From a virus, in the IMG/VR virus record IMGVR_UViG_3300020156_000002, positions 32,001 through 96,000 of that record: 64,000 nucleotides of DNA; one strand, given 5' to 3'. A program made the position numbers and the translations under genes. This document shows, piece after piece, positions 12,301 through 23,376 of the stretch. Numbering within the stretch: the stretch's first letter is position 1; every line of letters begins with the position of its first letter. The notes under the pieces are model-generated. The model had not been told where the DNA came from. It saw only the letters and a list, made by a program, of their open reading frames with translations, and did not search any database.

Positions 12301-12771
12301 AAATATGCTACCGATATTACCAAGTCTGGAAAAGTAAGCGATAAACAATTTACTAATGTTGATTGGCTAGGAATAGTGAAAGAACTCAGTTCTAAATTAG
12401 AAGATGAAGAATATGGAGTAACACAATTAGTAAAATTTCAATATGAAGTGTTAGGTTATGTAGATTATATTGATAACACAATAGATTGGAGATATATAGT
12501 AATAACTGATTTAAATACTCAATACTCTCCTAAATTCAAAGCCTATTTTATTTCCAATGGTCAATCAGTTGAAATGAAGGTACATAAAAAACTTAACTAT
12601 AAAGATAAAGAAATAATAACAAGCTTTAATGAAGTACCGTTTGAAAACGGAGATGTTATTTATATTAAAAATTGGAAGAAGCAACCTAAGAAGAGTAAAA
12701 TAAATGACGAATGGGTTGTAATACCTGATGTTGTAGAGAAATGGATAAAAGATTATACAAAAATTTGTTAG
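9358..12771 (+). CDS. dnaE: DNA polymerase III alpha subunit (family C, PHP domain)
   Basis: HKHT, SACIAG, DTHY, RGSASS, PDIDY, HACG, YSFNAPHA and VKGIG motifs. Confidence 0.93.
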   Translation: MNNLLEIANRARDKLKFDFPYDISEWINDMNMMMENYHKHTTWSDLIQIDSATDIVEFMKILDTYKSKCMFSGEHGYQGEWLYVYDVCKNTHNEKLREKMGINNPLQFRYSTEAYWVKDRHEKDRLNCHMVLVARTYEAMRKLNYILSMANIDGFYGKPRIDLELLFQLNSDDVYITSACIAGWKYDDAKDIWLKIWKHFGDSFFLEYQTHDTQPQKQLNKLISEMSSEYGIQTIIGLDTHYISEEDRIKRDNLLKRKGMIYEDEEGWYMDFPNGKEVYRRMLNQGILTDEEILISMMNTHVFLNGCDNISINTDFKIPILEEYQKYDYKERVKILKDILEENFLNEDDEHRTQDRHDGMLYELGQIDESTTVDYFLSNNGIIHLATSPKYGGHLTTTSRGSASSYYSSKLLGFTTMDRFESEVPIYPERFITKDRVLSSHQCPDIDYNVENQEPFLLASRELLGDEGCYPLLAVGKLGEKSGFKLYADIKGIEPSVANDITTCIDQYNEALKQADDEEDKKNIHIEDFIENKEHLKIFNESKPYQGIIEQAKCHACGHLIFNGDHKDKSIIGYGDIRYEIGLIRCHSESTGKSTLVACVEGGLLDTYGYVKNDYLIVDVVGIIYKLYKSIGKEVPTVNELRKKVSNDAKTWKMYEIGATCCLNQCEKPSTTKRVMKYKPQNIKELSAFIAGIRPGFKSLLDGFLNRVTYTNGEPAIDKLLEDCFHYMLYQEAVMKIFSYLGIPMKESYDTIKKISKKKLVGEKLAHVEATLKEHWLSNIGNLDNFDPVYKVVKDSARYSFNAPHALAMANDSLYEAWMKAHHTSKFYEVTLNHYQDKGDKNKVAALVKEAMTIFGYSMGSYEYGKDNSKFTVDDNTKIIYPNLSSVKGIGEKAVSNMMDFYNSGLDDFIDIYGAIKGTNVNSTVFKNLVKIGYFKKYGSIKKLLTTIEIYDQWKGSNGEGRKTISKANINELGLDNINIYKYATDITKSGKVSDKQFTNVDWLGIVKELSSKLEDEEYGVTQLVKFQYEVLGYVDYIDNTIDWRYIVITDLNTQYSPKFKAYFISNGQSVEMKVHKKLNYKDKEIITSFNEVPFENGDVIYIKNWKKQPKKSKINDEWVVIPDVVEKWIKDYTKIC

Positions 12772-12786
12772 AAGGAGTGATTAATT

Positions 12787-13323
12787 ATTAAGATTTATTA
12801 TACAGACAAAAAATACAAAGAGTTATTGAGCAATATGGTTATTTTACATGACTCAAGGGAACAGGCTTCAAACCACATACTAGAATATTTCGATACAAAT
12901 AATATTACACACGAGAAAAGAGCTTTAAAAACAGGTGATTATTCATTCAAAATAAAGGCTTGTCCTGAACTTGGATTTACAATGGATACTTATTTTGTAG
13001 ATGATTTAGTAATCGAAAGAAAAAATAGTGTTAAAGAGTTGGCAGGAAATTTTGCTAATAACCAGAAAGATGATAGATTTATGAAGGAATTAAACCGCTT
13101 TCAAAATGTAGATAATGTTTATCTTATAGTTGAAAATGACAGACTTGACGACATTATGGGTCATACATACGATACTGACTATAACGAATTATCATTTCTT
13201 AGAACATTATTAACATGGCAAAAAAGAAGTAATTTCTATTTAAACTTTGTTAACAAAGAAAACATGGGCAAGTTTATTTATGAGTTATGTAAAAACTGTT
13301 TAGACAATTATATTTTAAAATAA
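12787..13323 (+). CDS. ERCC4-domain nuclease (possible resolvase)
   Basis: DSREQ, LKTGDYS and IERKNS motifs. The RBS AAGGAG at ~12772 points to an in-frame ATT start at ~12787 rather than the TTG at 12826. Confidence 0.82.
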   Translation: MKIYYTDKKYKELLSNMVILHDSREQASNHILEYFDTNNITHEKRALKTGDYSFKIKACPELGFTMDTYFVDDLVIERKNSVKELAGNFANNQKDDRFMKELNRFQNVDNVYLIVENDRLDDIMGHTYDTDYNELSFLRTLLTWQKRSNFYLNFVNKENMGKFIYELCKNCLDNYILK

Positions 13324-13335
13324 GGAGAAAAGAAT

Positions 13336-14079
13336 ATGAAGAGTGAAAATTTTATTAAGGAATTAGATTTTATTATAAACGAAGATATTAAGAATTTTAC
13401 AAAGGTAGCGTTAGACAATTTGCCCCAGTACCTCTTTGAGGTCGCAGCGTCTTCCACTGGAAAGTACCACCCAGCTTATGCATTAGGAGATGGTGGATTA
13501 GTAAGACATACAAAAGCAGCCACAAGATTTGCAAATCATTTATTGCAGTTAGAACAAAATCAGATGTTATTCAGTGAAAGAGAACGTGACATGATTTTAT
13601 CAGCAATAATATTGCATGATGGGTGGAAACATGGAAATGCAGGTAGTACATTTACAACACATGAACATCCACAAGTTTGCGCTGATTGGGTAGAAACTTC
13701 TGATATTTTCAATGATGTTTTATCTATGGAAGATAGAAAACAGATAGCTCTAGCTATTTCGTCACATATGGGACAGTGGAATACGACTAAGAGAAGTAGC
13801 GTTGTGTTAAATAAGCCTGAAACAGAAATGCAGAGATTTGTACATATGTGTGATTATCTAGCATCAAGAAAAGACATTGAAGTCTTGTTTGATAGTGAAG
13901 ATAATAATGCACATAAAGTTGAAGATGATATTAATACATATAAGTTTACTTTTGGAAAGTACAAGGGAGAACTTATTACCGATGTAGCTAAAAATCATAA
14001 GGATTATTTACAATGGATGAGTGGTAATATGAAGATGAAAGCTCCACTAGATAAATTCGTTGCAGAATTGTTGAAATAG
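13336..14079 (+). CDS. HD-domain phosphohydrolase with small C-terminal FGKYKG domain
   Basis: SSTGKYHP, GLVRHT, LHDGWK, HMGQW and CDYLASR motifs. Confidence 0.8.
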   Translation: MKSENFIKELDFIINEDIKNFTKVALDNLPQYLFEVAASSTGKYHPAYALGDGGLVRHTKAATRFANHLLQLEQNQMLFSERERDMILSAIILHDGWKHGNAGSTFTTHEHPQVCADWVETSDIFNDVLSMEDRKQIALAISSHMGQWNTTKRSSVVLNKPETEMQRFVHMCDYLASRKDIEVLFDSEDNNAHKVEDDINTYKFTFGKYKGELITDVAKNHKDYLQWMSGNMKMKAPLDKFVAELLK

Positions 14080-14309
14080 TATGGAAATTGATTGGATTTG
14101 TGGATTGCCATTTGTAACAGTTCCTAATGAAAGGATGTGTGATATGAGTATAGGAGAAGTAGTAGAAGGACTTATTCAGTTAAAAAAAGATAAAGATATT
14201 TATTATCCAGATGATCAAATTATAAACGCTGCATGTAATATTCTTGAAAGGCTACCAAGAGAAATGAATGTTTATGATTGGATAAAAGAAAATCAAAATT
14301 AATAATAAA

Positions 14310-14427
14310 TAATAATAAACATATTGACAACACATATAACCTGTGGTAAGATTATTTCAGACGGAAGAGAAAGGCTGATTTAATAGTATCACAGGTTTTT
14401 AGTACATATAACAGATAATAATAAACA
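14310..14427 (+). promoter_or_regulatory. SigmaA-type promoter nested in a terminator-like inverted repeat, upstream of the ligase
   Basis: TTGACA(14324)-17 bp-TAAGAT(14347) with an extended TG. Imperfect IR AACCTGTG...CACAGGTT followed by a T run. TAATAATAAACA boxes at 14310 and 14416. Confidence 0.7.
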
Positions 14428-14451
14428 ATAACATTTAAAAAGGAGAATGAA

Positions 14452-15732
14452 ATGGAAGAAGTAATTAGAATTTTTAAGCAAATTCAAGAAACAAGTGGTA
14501 AGAATGATAAGGAAAGAATAATCAGAGAGAATAAGAATAACGAATTGTTCAAAAAGTGTCTCGTATTTTTACTCGATGGAAATGTAACAACTGGTATAAG
14601 TAAAGCTAAGATTGAAAAGAAATTAAGCTATGATATGTGTAATCAATCATTTGAACAGTTATTTGAAATAATGGATTATCTCGAAGATAACAACACTGGT
14701 AGAGACATTGATATTGCAAACGTACAGAGATATATCGATAAGCATACTAATGAACAACAAGAATTTATTAAGCAAATTATTACAAAGAGTATTAAACTAG
14801 GAGTAGACTACAAAACTGTCAATAAAGCAATTCCAATCTTAATTGAGACATGGGAAGTTCAGCTTGGATCTGGTTTTGATAAATTAAAACTCAAGAATAA
14901 CGAATGGTTCTCGCTTAGTCAGAAGCTAAATGGGAATAGATGTTCATTTTACAAAGGTAAATTAATCAGTAGACAAGGCAAAGTGTTCAAAGGCTTTCAG
15001 CATATTATTGATGATATTATTGCCTGTGGACTTGAGAATAAGTTTATTGATGGCGAATTAATTAGAAAGAACACGGATGGATTACCTGATGGCGAGAATT
15101 TTAGGGTAGGGACTGGCATTATTAATTCTGATTTAGATACAAAAGAAGAAATTAAGCTAGTAATTTTTGATATGTTTTCTGCTGAACAGATAAAGAACAA
15201 AGTATCAGATTGTACATATAAAGTTAGATATGAAAATAATATTGAACCGTTAAGAGAAGAAATCGAGAAGAAAGACTTACATAATATAGAAGTTGTAAAA
15301 GTAGTTTATCAAGGAACAGACCAGTCACTGATTGAAAAGTGGTTAGATTATGCCGTAGAAAATGATTGGGAAGGATTGATGATTAATAAGGATACAACGT
15401 ATAAATGCAAAAGAACCACTGATTTAATTAAGGTTAAAAGATTCTACACAATTGACTTAAAAGTAGTCGATGTACTTGAAGGGGATGGTCGTCTTAAAGA
15501 AACTTTAGGTGCATTAGTGGTTGAATTCAAAGGCAATACAGTTAATGTCGGAAGTGGTTATTCAGACGAACAACGTACAGAGATTTGGAATAATCGAGAA
15601 GATATTATCGGTAAGATTGTGGAAGTGAAATATAAAGAAATCACAAGTGATAAGAAAACAGGATTAGAAAGTTTACAGTTCCCGATTTTCGTTAGATTAA
15701 GGGTCGACAAGACTGAACCAAGTTATAATTAA
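14452..15732 (+). CDS. lig: ATP-dependent DNA ligase
   Basis: QKLNGNR (motif I), IDGEL, IFDM, WEGLM, LIKVK, NVGSG and LQFPIFVRLR motifs. Confidence 0.93.
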   Translation: MEEVIRIFKQIQETSGKNDKERIIRENKNNELFKKCLVFLLDGNVTTGISKAKIEKKLSYDMCNQSFEQLFEIMDYLEDNNTGRDIDIANVQRYIDKHTNEQQEFIKQIITKSIKLGVDYKTVNKAIPILIETWEVQLGSGFDKLKLKNNEWFSLSQKLNGNRCSFYKGKLISRQGKVFKGFQHIIDDIIACGLENKFIDGELIRKNTDGLPDGENFRVGTGIINSDLDTKEEIKLVIFDMFSAEQIKNKVSDCTYKVRYENNIEPLREEIEKKDLHNIEVVKVVYQGTDQSLIEKWLDYAVENDWEGLMINKDTTYKCKRTTDLIKVKRFYTIDLKVVDVLEGDGRLKETLGALVVEFKGNTVNVGSGYSDEQRTEIWNNREDIIGKIVEVKYKEITSDKKTGLESLQFPIFVRLRVDKTEPSYN

Positions 15733-16281
15733 TAATAATATACAAGAAAGGAAAACAATACATGAAATATTCACAACCAAAGATTTCAGGGAAAAGTATT
15801 CTTCATCGATTTTGTAGTGAAGGAACTCATTACATAGGTGGTAAGAAATGGAGTAATGTTGATATGGGATTTAGAGAAGTTCCAACAAATTCTGATAGAA
15901 GAAGCTTTATGTTTACAATAAGATATGGAAATCCAGAAGAAAAAGAATGGCAGCTTAATAGTTTTTCAATGAAAGAAGATGAGATTAAGCAGTTCTTAGA
16001 CATTGTATATGATACAGTTTATAATCCACCAAAGTTTAAGGATAAATATTCTGTTGGAGACAAATTTATTATAGGTAGTATCAGTGTGGTTAAGAGCGAA
16101 TCTACTTATATAAAAGAAACTAACTATACGAATGTTGAAGCGACAATATCAAGCATATACAATACAAATACATTTTATACAGATGGTAAAGAGAAATATT
16201 ACACACTTTGTTTTGATGAAAATAGTATAATTGTTAAAGAATGTTATTTGGATAAACTGAAAAGAGTGTTGTAAAAAGCAC

Positions 16282-19200
16282 ATAAATCACGTATTTTATC
16301 ATGTGTTTAGAAAGGAGATTTAATATGTTTGATTGCGAAAATGAAATGTGTTGTTTCACATGTTTAAATGGAGAATATGTTCAAGATAATGATACAGGAT
16401 ATCATGTTTTATGTAAAAAAGATGGTGAATACAAAGAAGAGTCTCATGTATGTTTAGAATTTAAAGATTAATTATTTGGATGGAGAGGAGATAAACTCGC
16501 AGAAGAAAGAAGAACATTTAATGCGGTTGAAAAAGCTTATACTGATTTATTATTTGCTATAGAAGATGCATTGGGAATTGAATCGGAAGTTTACGCTGAT
16601 AGAGTTGATGAAAACGGATATTATAAATCGAAATAAGTTCTGTCTTCTATAGACATTAGAAAGGAGTAACCTAGATGGTAGTGCACAGCTTATCGCCGGG
16701 CATGGTTAAATGTCAATATCAAAATAAGTGTAGCAAATTTTCATATGATAAATGCACAACATGTAAAAATAACTTATTAGTAATGGAGAGAAATGCCGAC
16801 CAAAAGGAAAAAGATAATTATTATAAACGTATCTGAGTTAGAAGAATATATAACACAAACAAAGAATGGTTTGTTGTGGAAAGGATTATAAATATAAATA
16901 TGAATATAGAAATGTCAAAAATAGTAGAGTGTATTCAGAAGAAATCTTTATATAGTGGACTTCAAAATATTATTGATTATGTAGAGGATGTAGAAAGACA
17001 AAGAGATAATGCTATTAATAAATTATCTGAATGGAATAAAGATGTAGAAATTCAAAAGTTAAAAGAGCAACTACACAATTTACAGAATAGAGAACTGTAT
17101 ATAATGTCTGATAAGACATATCAAATGAGACATCTCTTTGAAAATAAACATGCTAATAAATGTAAGTGTCATACTATGATATATGAATTATCATATACCG
17201 GAATTGGAACATCTATTGTAATTAAGTGTCCTGTTTGTGGAGAAGAAGAAAATATTACAGATTATAAAGAATGGTAAATTTTAATGAAAGAGATATTTGA
17301 AAGGAGTGTTCATGCAAAGAAATAATACCAACTTTGAATTAGTTATATGTCCTGAATGTAATGGAGAAGGAACAAAAGATGTTTTCAATGGAGATAATCA
17401 TAATAAAGAAATTTGTGACTTTTGCAACGGAATAAGAGTTGTAAAGAAAATAACCAAAGTGGAATACGGATTAATAACATAAAATAATATACAAATAATG
17501 TAGGAGGGCGCACATATGATAGAATTCAAAGAAAGATTTACTTTAAGCAAAACATATGATAACTGGATGAAAGACAAATTAGAAATGGAACCAACTAGTC
17601 ATAGTGTAATCTTATGGCTGCAAACTCATGGAATGCTTAATGAAGATAAGGTTAAGAAAATATATAAGCAATAATATGATAAAAAATATTCGAAGGGAGA
17701 AATATGAGAACAATAATTAACTATTTAAGAAGTTGCTTTTGTAGGCATGATTGGGAAATGATTTTTGACACAAGTGTTAATGAAACGGAACAGGGTAAAG
17801 TAGTGAATATATACACAATGAAAACATACAGATGTAAAAAATGTGGCTATTCTAAGAAATATAAAAGTTATTAAAGTGAAGATATATCAAGGAAGGGAAA
17901 ATAATGGGAAAAATTTTGTTTGAAGAATATACAAATGAGCAGAAGAAAATAATGCAAGATGTACTTATGTTTTCACCAAAATGCTGGAAAGATGGCAATT
18001 TTAAGTTTGACCGAGATACTGCAAAAGTTTGTAACGGTAAATCGTGTTATACCTGTATGTTTGACACATTTGATTTAAAGACACACTAAGTAAAATCTGG
18101 ATTTGATATGGAATGGAAGGGAGAAAGTAAACTTTATGATTGAAATAAAAGATATGAAAACTTTAATTGAGTGGCACGACATTAATAAAGAATTGCCAAA
18201 GCATAATTTCGGATGGTATTTTGTAATATTAAAACCAGTAAATTTTGAAGAATTAGAAAAAGAAAATTCATCATATGTAGACTGGGTTGAAAGTTATGGC
18301 TTAGAGAAAGCTTGGCTTAATGGTTATAGATGGTGGGTAGCAGATCCACACGGGTATGGCACTAGCGAAGTAACAAATCGAGTCAAGTATTTTTCAAAGC
18401 CTATACTAAATATTATTGAAGAACAAAATAAATTGTAAGTTTTATTTGGTCGGAAAGGAGAGAATAATAAATGGAAATTAAATTAAGTTATTCAGAATTA
18501 CAAAATATTGTTGCTACACATGCAAGAAATAAAGGTTTTGATAATGTAAAAGCATCAGATGTATGTATAAATAATGATTGTGCAACTATTAAAATCTCGG
18601 ATGATAATAAGCCATATGAAGGTATCAAGTTTCCTCTATGTACGAGAGTTAATAATGGGATGTATCCTAGATGTATGAATTTGCTAGATAAAAGATATTG
18701 TAATAGAGTTGGCGGTACTTGTTAATAAAAGGAGAGATTAAATGAATTTTAAATACATGAATAAAGAAGCTTGGATGCTTGATGAAGATGTTTTATACAA
18801 GGGAATTGTAAAACGTAATTGGCTTCGACATATTTTTATTCCAAATAGTCACGCTGGAGGATTTTCATATCAGTATGTAACACGAAAAGATATAGGCAAG
18901 ATATTATTCAGAAATGATATACATATTGTTTATTCTGGATTAGGACATTTGGAAAGAATATACACTGATAATTACTCTAAATATAAAATTAATGAACTAT
19001 GTAATGAATTAAAGGATGAAGCGAGAAGATGTTGTAATAAATAAAACTAGATAAAATGCAAATTTGAAGCGCATATTGGAGGTGATTAGATGAGTCAAGA
19101 AGAAAGAAATGAACTAACTAAGTTATTAGATATTGAACCAAAATATTTAATTAATTACATAGCGGATTTAATTGTTGAAAATGAAGATGATATAGCATAC

Positions 19201-22200
19201 TCAATTGAACATAAAGATAGAGAACTATTAGAATCAATTATTGAGAGATATATTTATTAAGAGAGGAGTACAACATGCAAGAAATATTTAATGAAGCTGT
19301 CTATGTCGTTGTAATACAAACTGAAAATGATACCGAATATTTATCAAAAAATTATTATAAGAATAAACATTCTAAACATACGAAGTGGAGAAAAGTATTT
19401 ATAAATACTATTATTACTACAAACAAACTAAATAAAGCTGCAAGATTTAATTCTTTAGAATCAGCTAGAAAACAGATTGAATATTTGAAGATAGAAAATG
19501 TTGTTGGAATTGCAACCGTAGAACATAAACTAGAACTAGTTGATATGTAAGCAGATGAAATATCAATTTGGTAGTGAATTTTAGGAGGTGATAGTAATAA
19601 AAAGAGGCAAAAGAGTTGAAATTAAACCAGTTGATGATGCAATGAATACAGATCAACTAATTTATGTATCTTCAGCTAATGAAAAATACGTAGAGTTCGT
19701 AAAAGAAGTCAGGAAACATCCGTATAAATTATATGAATATTGGACAGGTAAAAAGTTACCAATATGGCAGCGATTATATTTTGATACTATAGGCAAGCTA
19801 AAGAAGACTGATTATGAAAAGCAACAGAAAGCCATTAATAAAGCTATAAAACCATATATTAAGTAATTATATTAAACATTAAAAAGGAGAGAACTATGAA
19901 AAATGAAGATGCACTATTATCATACAAAAAAGCATGTGTATACCAAGTAGCATTAGAAATGAATTGGTTTCCGTATAATGAAGAAAAAGAAAATATATAT
20001 GATTATGCAAAAAGAAACTTAGTGTATGACTATATATTCTTACTCAGGTGTTTGAAGGTTATAAATAAAAAACCAAAGTTAATGAAACAAGTATTGGAAT
20101 TAATCAAAACAAATGAGCAATTGTATAGTTGCTTTGATTTGTAAGTCAAAATTAAACATCATTTTACTTTGAGTTGGAGGTGATTAAGATATTAAGTGAT
20201 ACAAGCAGAATAGTATATGCTATGTGTAAGTGTATTTTATTTCCAGAAAGTAGTGTCTTGGTTACATTTAAAGACGAGGAAGAAACCAATAACGCATTTA
20301 AAATAGCTATGAAATTATGCAGTAAAGATGTAAGAAAAGAAATATTAAAGATCAATAAAACGAATATAGAATTTAAAAACAAGAGCAACTTGACATTAGA
20401 TTACTCGAAACCAAAAGTTGAACCTGAATATATAAGAGGACACAGATCAAAACTGCCACTACTATATTATGATGATTTTCATATTGATAATGATATGTTA
20501 GAGGAAGTATTAAAGCCATATATTAAAGAAAGGAATATTAAACAATGAGTAAAAGTATTGTAGATTTGTTTTATGAATTAGATGATGAAGTTTTCTACAA
20601 CTTAATAGTAAAGAAACTTCCAAACAACTTTAAAATTGAAATTGTAAACAAGAGTTTATGTGAAAATCCGAAGAATGCTTATATTGATGTGGCTTTTGTG
20701 TTTAAAGATATGCCAAAACCAAGAGAAGTATTTTATACTCACATTTACTATGGTGAATTAGATATTTTGTTAAATGGTAGAAACGGACAGAAACATTAAT
20801 TAAAGTTCAGGAGGAAGTATTAATGCTAAAAATTAATGGTTTAAGTTTAACTTGGTGGGTAACAGAAATTATAGGATTGACACTGTTTATTCTAACAATA
20901 ATATATGATATATATATATTAACTTGACATTGTTCAATAACACAGATGTAACAATAAGTCAAAAAGTTACATGTGTTGCAGGTATGCTAATGATTTGCTA
21001 TGGATGGAGTTTCTTTATTGATTGGTTAGTACAATCATCAAGAAAATTTATAAGAAAACATACTAAAACCAAGAATGGATACTCAAAAGAAAAGATAGCA
21101 CTTATTAAGAAGCAAATGGAAAAGTCGGTTAGTCATTTACATAATGAGGAATAATATAAGACAATCAATCTGCACTTTCATAGCAAATTAGAAAGGAGAA
21201 AATATGTTCAAAAATATTAAATGGGAATTAATAGACGATAGAACAGCTTATTTGTTAGACGATATAGGGCGACTTGGATCATTGAAACAATATAAAGGAA
21301 CAAATGAATATGAATTTGTTAGTAGGTCTGATATTGAAATAAGTGATATTGAAGCTGAAGACATGGAAGATGCTATTAAAAAATGTACAGAAGAAATATA
21401 TGATTTTTGCGATACTAAAATAAGTACATATAACAAAATATTGAGCGAGATAAATAAGATAAAATAATACATCTATCAAGAAAGGAGAATATATGATATA
21501 CAAAAAGTCGTGGCACAAAGATACTAAAAATTTTAGCTTCATATTTACTGGATATTTTTTATTAGGAATTGTGCCATTATATATTAAAAGAGAAAGCTAT
21601 TAATCAAATTGACGATTCTATATAAAGTGAGGTGAATTAAAATGAATAGATATAAAGTAAAATGGACAGATGGGTTTCATTATGTCATTGACACTAAAAA
21701 CAATGATAAGATTGTTAGTAGCGGTTATCATAGCAGTAAAAGTGCAGAAATAGTGTGTGACAAAAAGAACATGAATAATGATTTAGGTTGTATGCTTAAC
21801 ATGAATTTATAGTTTCATTCTGATTTAGAAAGGAGAATGGTTATGGCAAAAGTACATAAAGTAACAATGTTTGTTACAGATATTGAAGGAGATAGTGATT
21901 TAGATGATTTAATTGAACATGGTTTACGCAGTTATGACTTGTATCCTAAGTTTATCAAAGTAGAATCATCGAAAGAATTTGAATGGGATGATGATTTAGA
22001 AATTAATAAAGTTAATGGAAAAAAGGAAGATTTTGAAGATTATTTTAAATAACTGATAAGTTCAGGTATTGATTATAAGAAGATGTGATACATATGTGTA
22101 AATCAGAATTTAATTGTGTTTTTGGCAACTGCGATGAATGTGAAAATGATAAAGAAACTTGTGTATATTATGAAGAATGTAGTATGTGTGAAAATGCTGA

Positions 22201-22955
22201 TTATTGTGAAGAGTCAATTGAATAACTCTTTCATTATGATTAATAATATTATACAGAAAGGAAATGAAGATAATGAGAGTAGCATATATGAAAGATTACA
22301 TAAAAGAAACAAATAATGTACATACGAATGGATATTATATTTTTGTTGATAGTGATACTTATGTAATGCCAGATCAAGAAACAGGATATAAATTATTTGA
22401 ACAGCTATTAGTTAGTGGATACATAGACCTAAGAAAGTATGATAGAAGATAATCAAAGATGATTTCTATGATAAGAAAAGGAGATTGAGAATGAACCAAG
22501 ATAAGTATTTTATAATTACGTCATCAGAAGATGGCACAACTGTTGAACAAATAACAAAAGAAGAATTAATGAGTAGAATTACTCCTGATGAGGATGGCGA
22601 TTTATATTATGGTTTAGGAGCAAAATTTTTAAATGAATTACCAGAATGGAATGACGGATATCCCAACATGTCATTTGAAGATGTAATTATTATTAAAGGC
22701 GACTTTGTAGTACCAAAAGAAAAGAAAGTTGTAACACAATATGAATTATAAGACCATGAAACAATGTGTTTATTTGGATTAGAAAGGAGAATCGTTAATG
22801 GATGATAATGATATTGGATTAATTAAAGAAACAGAAAGTTATGATTTATGGTTTGAGCCAATTACAGACGAAATAAATGGATTTGTAATTAGAGATAAGA
22901 AAGGTTTTATTAAACAAATTTACATGCCAGATAGATAATAAAATGTGATATTTAT
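16282..22955 (+). repeat. 18-bp junction palindrome, cluster 2
   Basis: Copies: 16282 ATAAAT-CACGTA-TTTTAT, 16633 ATAAGT-TCTGTC-TTCTAT, 17284 ATGAAA-GAGATA-TTTGAA, 18090 GTAAAA-TCTGGA-TTTGAT, 18428 ATAAAT-TGTAAG-TTTTAT, 19051 ATAAAA-TGCAAA-TTTGAA, 19555 ATGAAA-TATCAA-TTTGGT, 21164 ATCAAT-CTGCAC-TTTCAT, 21604 TCAAAT-TGACGA-TTCTAT, 21801 ATGAAT-TTATAG-TTTCAT, 22056 ATAAGT-TCAGGT-ATTGAT, 22452 ATCAAA-GATGAT-TTCTAT, 22756 ATGAAA-CAATGT-GTTTAT, 22938 ATAAAA-TGTGAT-ATTTAT. Confidence 0.8.
20823..21154 (+). pseudogene. Membrane protein gene frameshifted at an (AT)6 tract
   Basis: The ATG at 20823 (RBS GGAGG) frame stops just after (AT)6 at 20908-20919. Removing one AT joins it in frame to ORF 20924-21154. 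Confidence 0.55.
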
Positions 22956-23376
22956 TAGGATTGAGGTGATAACATGGAAAAATACTTAGATAATGAAGAT
23001 GAAAGGTTAAGAGATAATTTTAAAATGCAATATATACATAGCTGTAATACTTGTAAAACAAGGTTTGAATGCACCCTAACTAATAGTAAGATTATAACAT
23101 GTGACAGGTATTGGGCTGATTTAAACTATAATAAATAATAATAAACGCAAAGAAGTGACAAGATGAAAAATACATATACATACGACGATTTATACGGAAC
23201 ATTGTTACATAAAAATGAAGATGATACAGAAAGAACTTATTTCATTATCGGATGTTTGACGAGCAGGTTTCGCCGTTGGATGTTTGTAGAGGGATGGAAC
23301 AAGGGTAGTGAGAAAGAATTTTATTATAATAACATAAAGGGATATAAAATAACATTTAAAAGAAAGGACACAAATA

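Noticed and set aside
22116-22316. ORF-track entry as a real gene
   Set aside because: Likely a shadow of a Cys-rich RBS-led ORF starting at 22094 in another frame.
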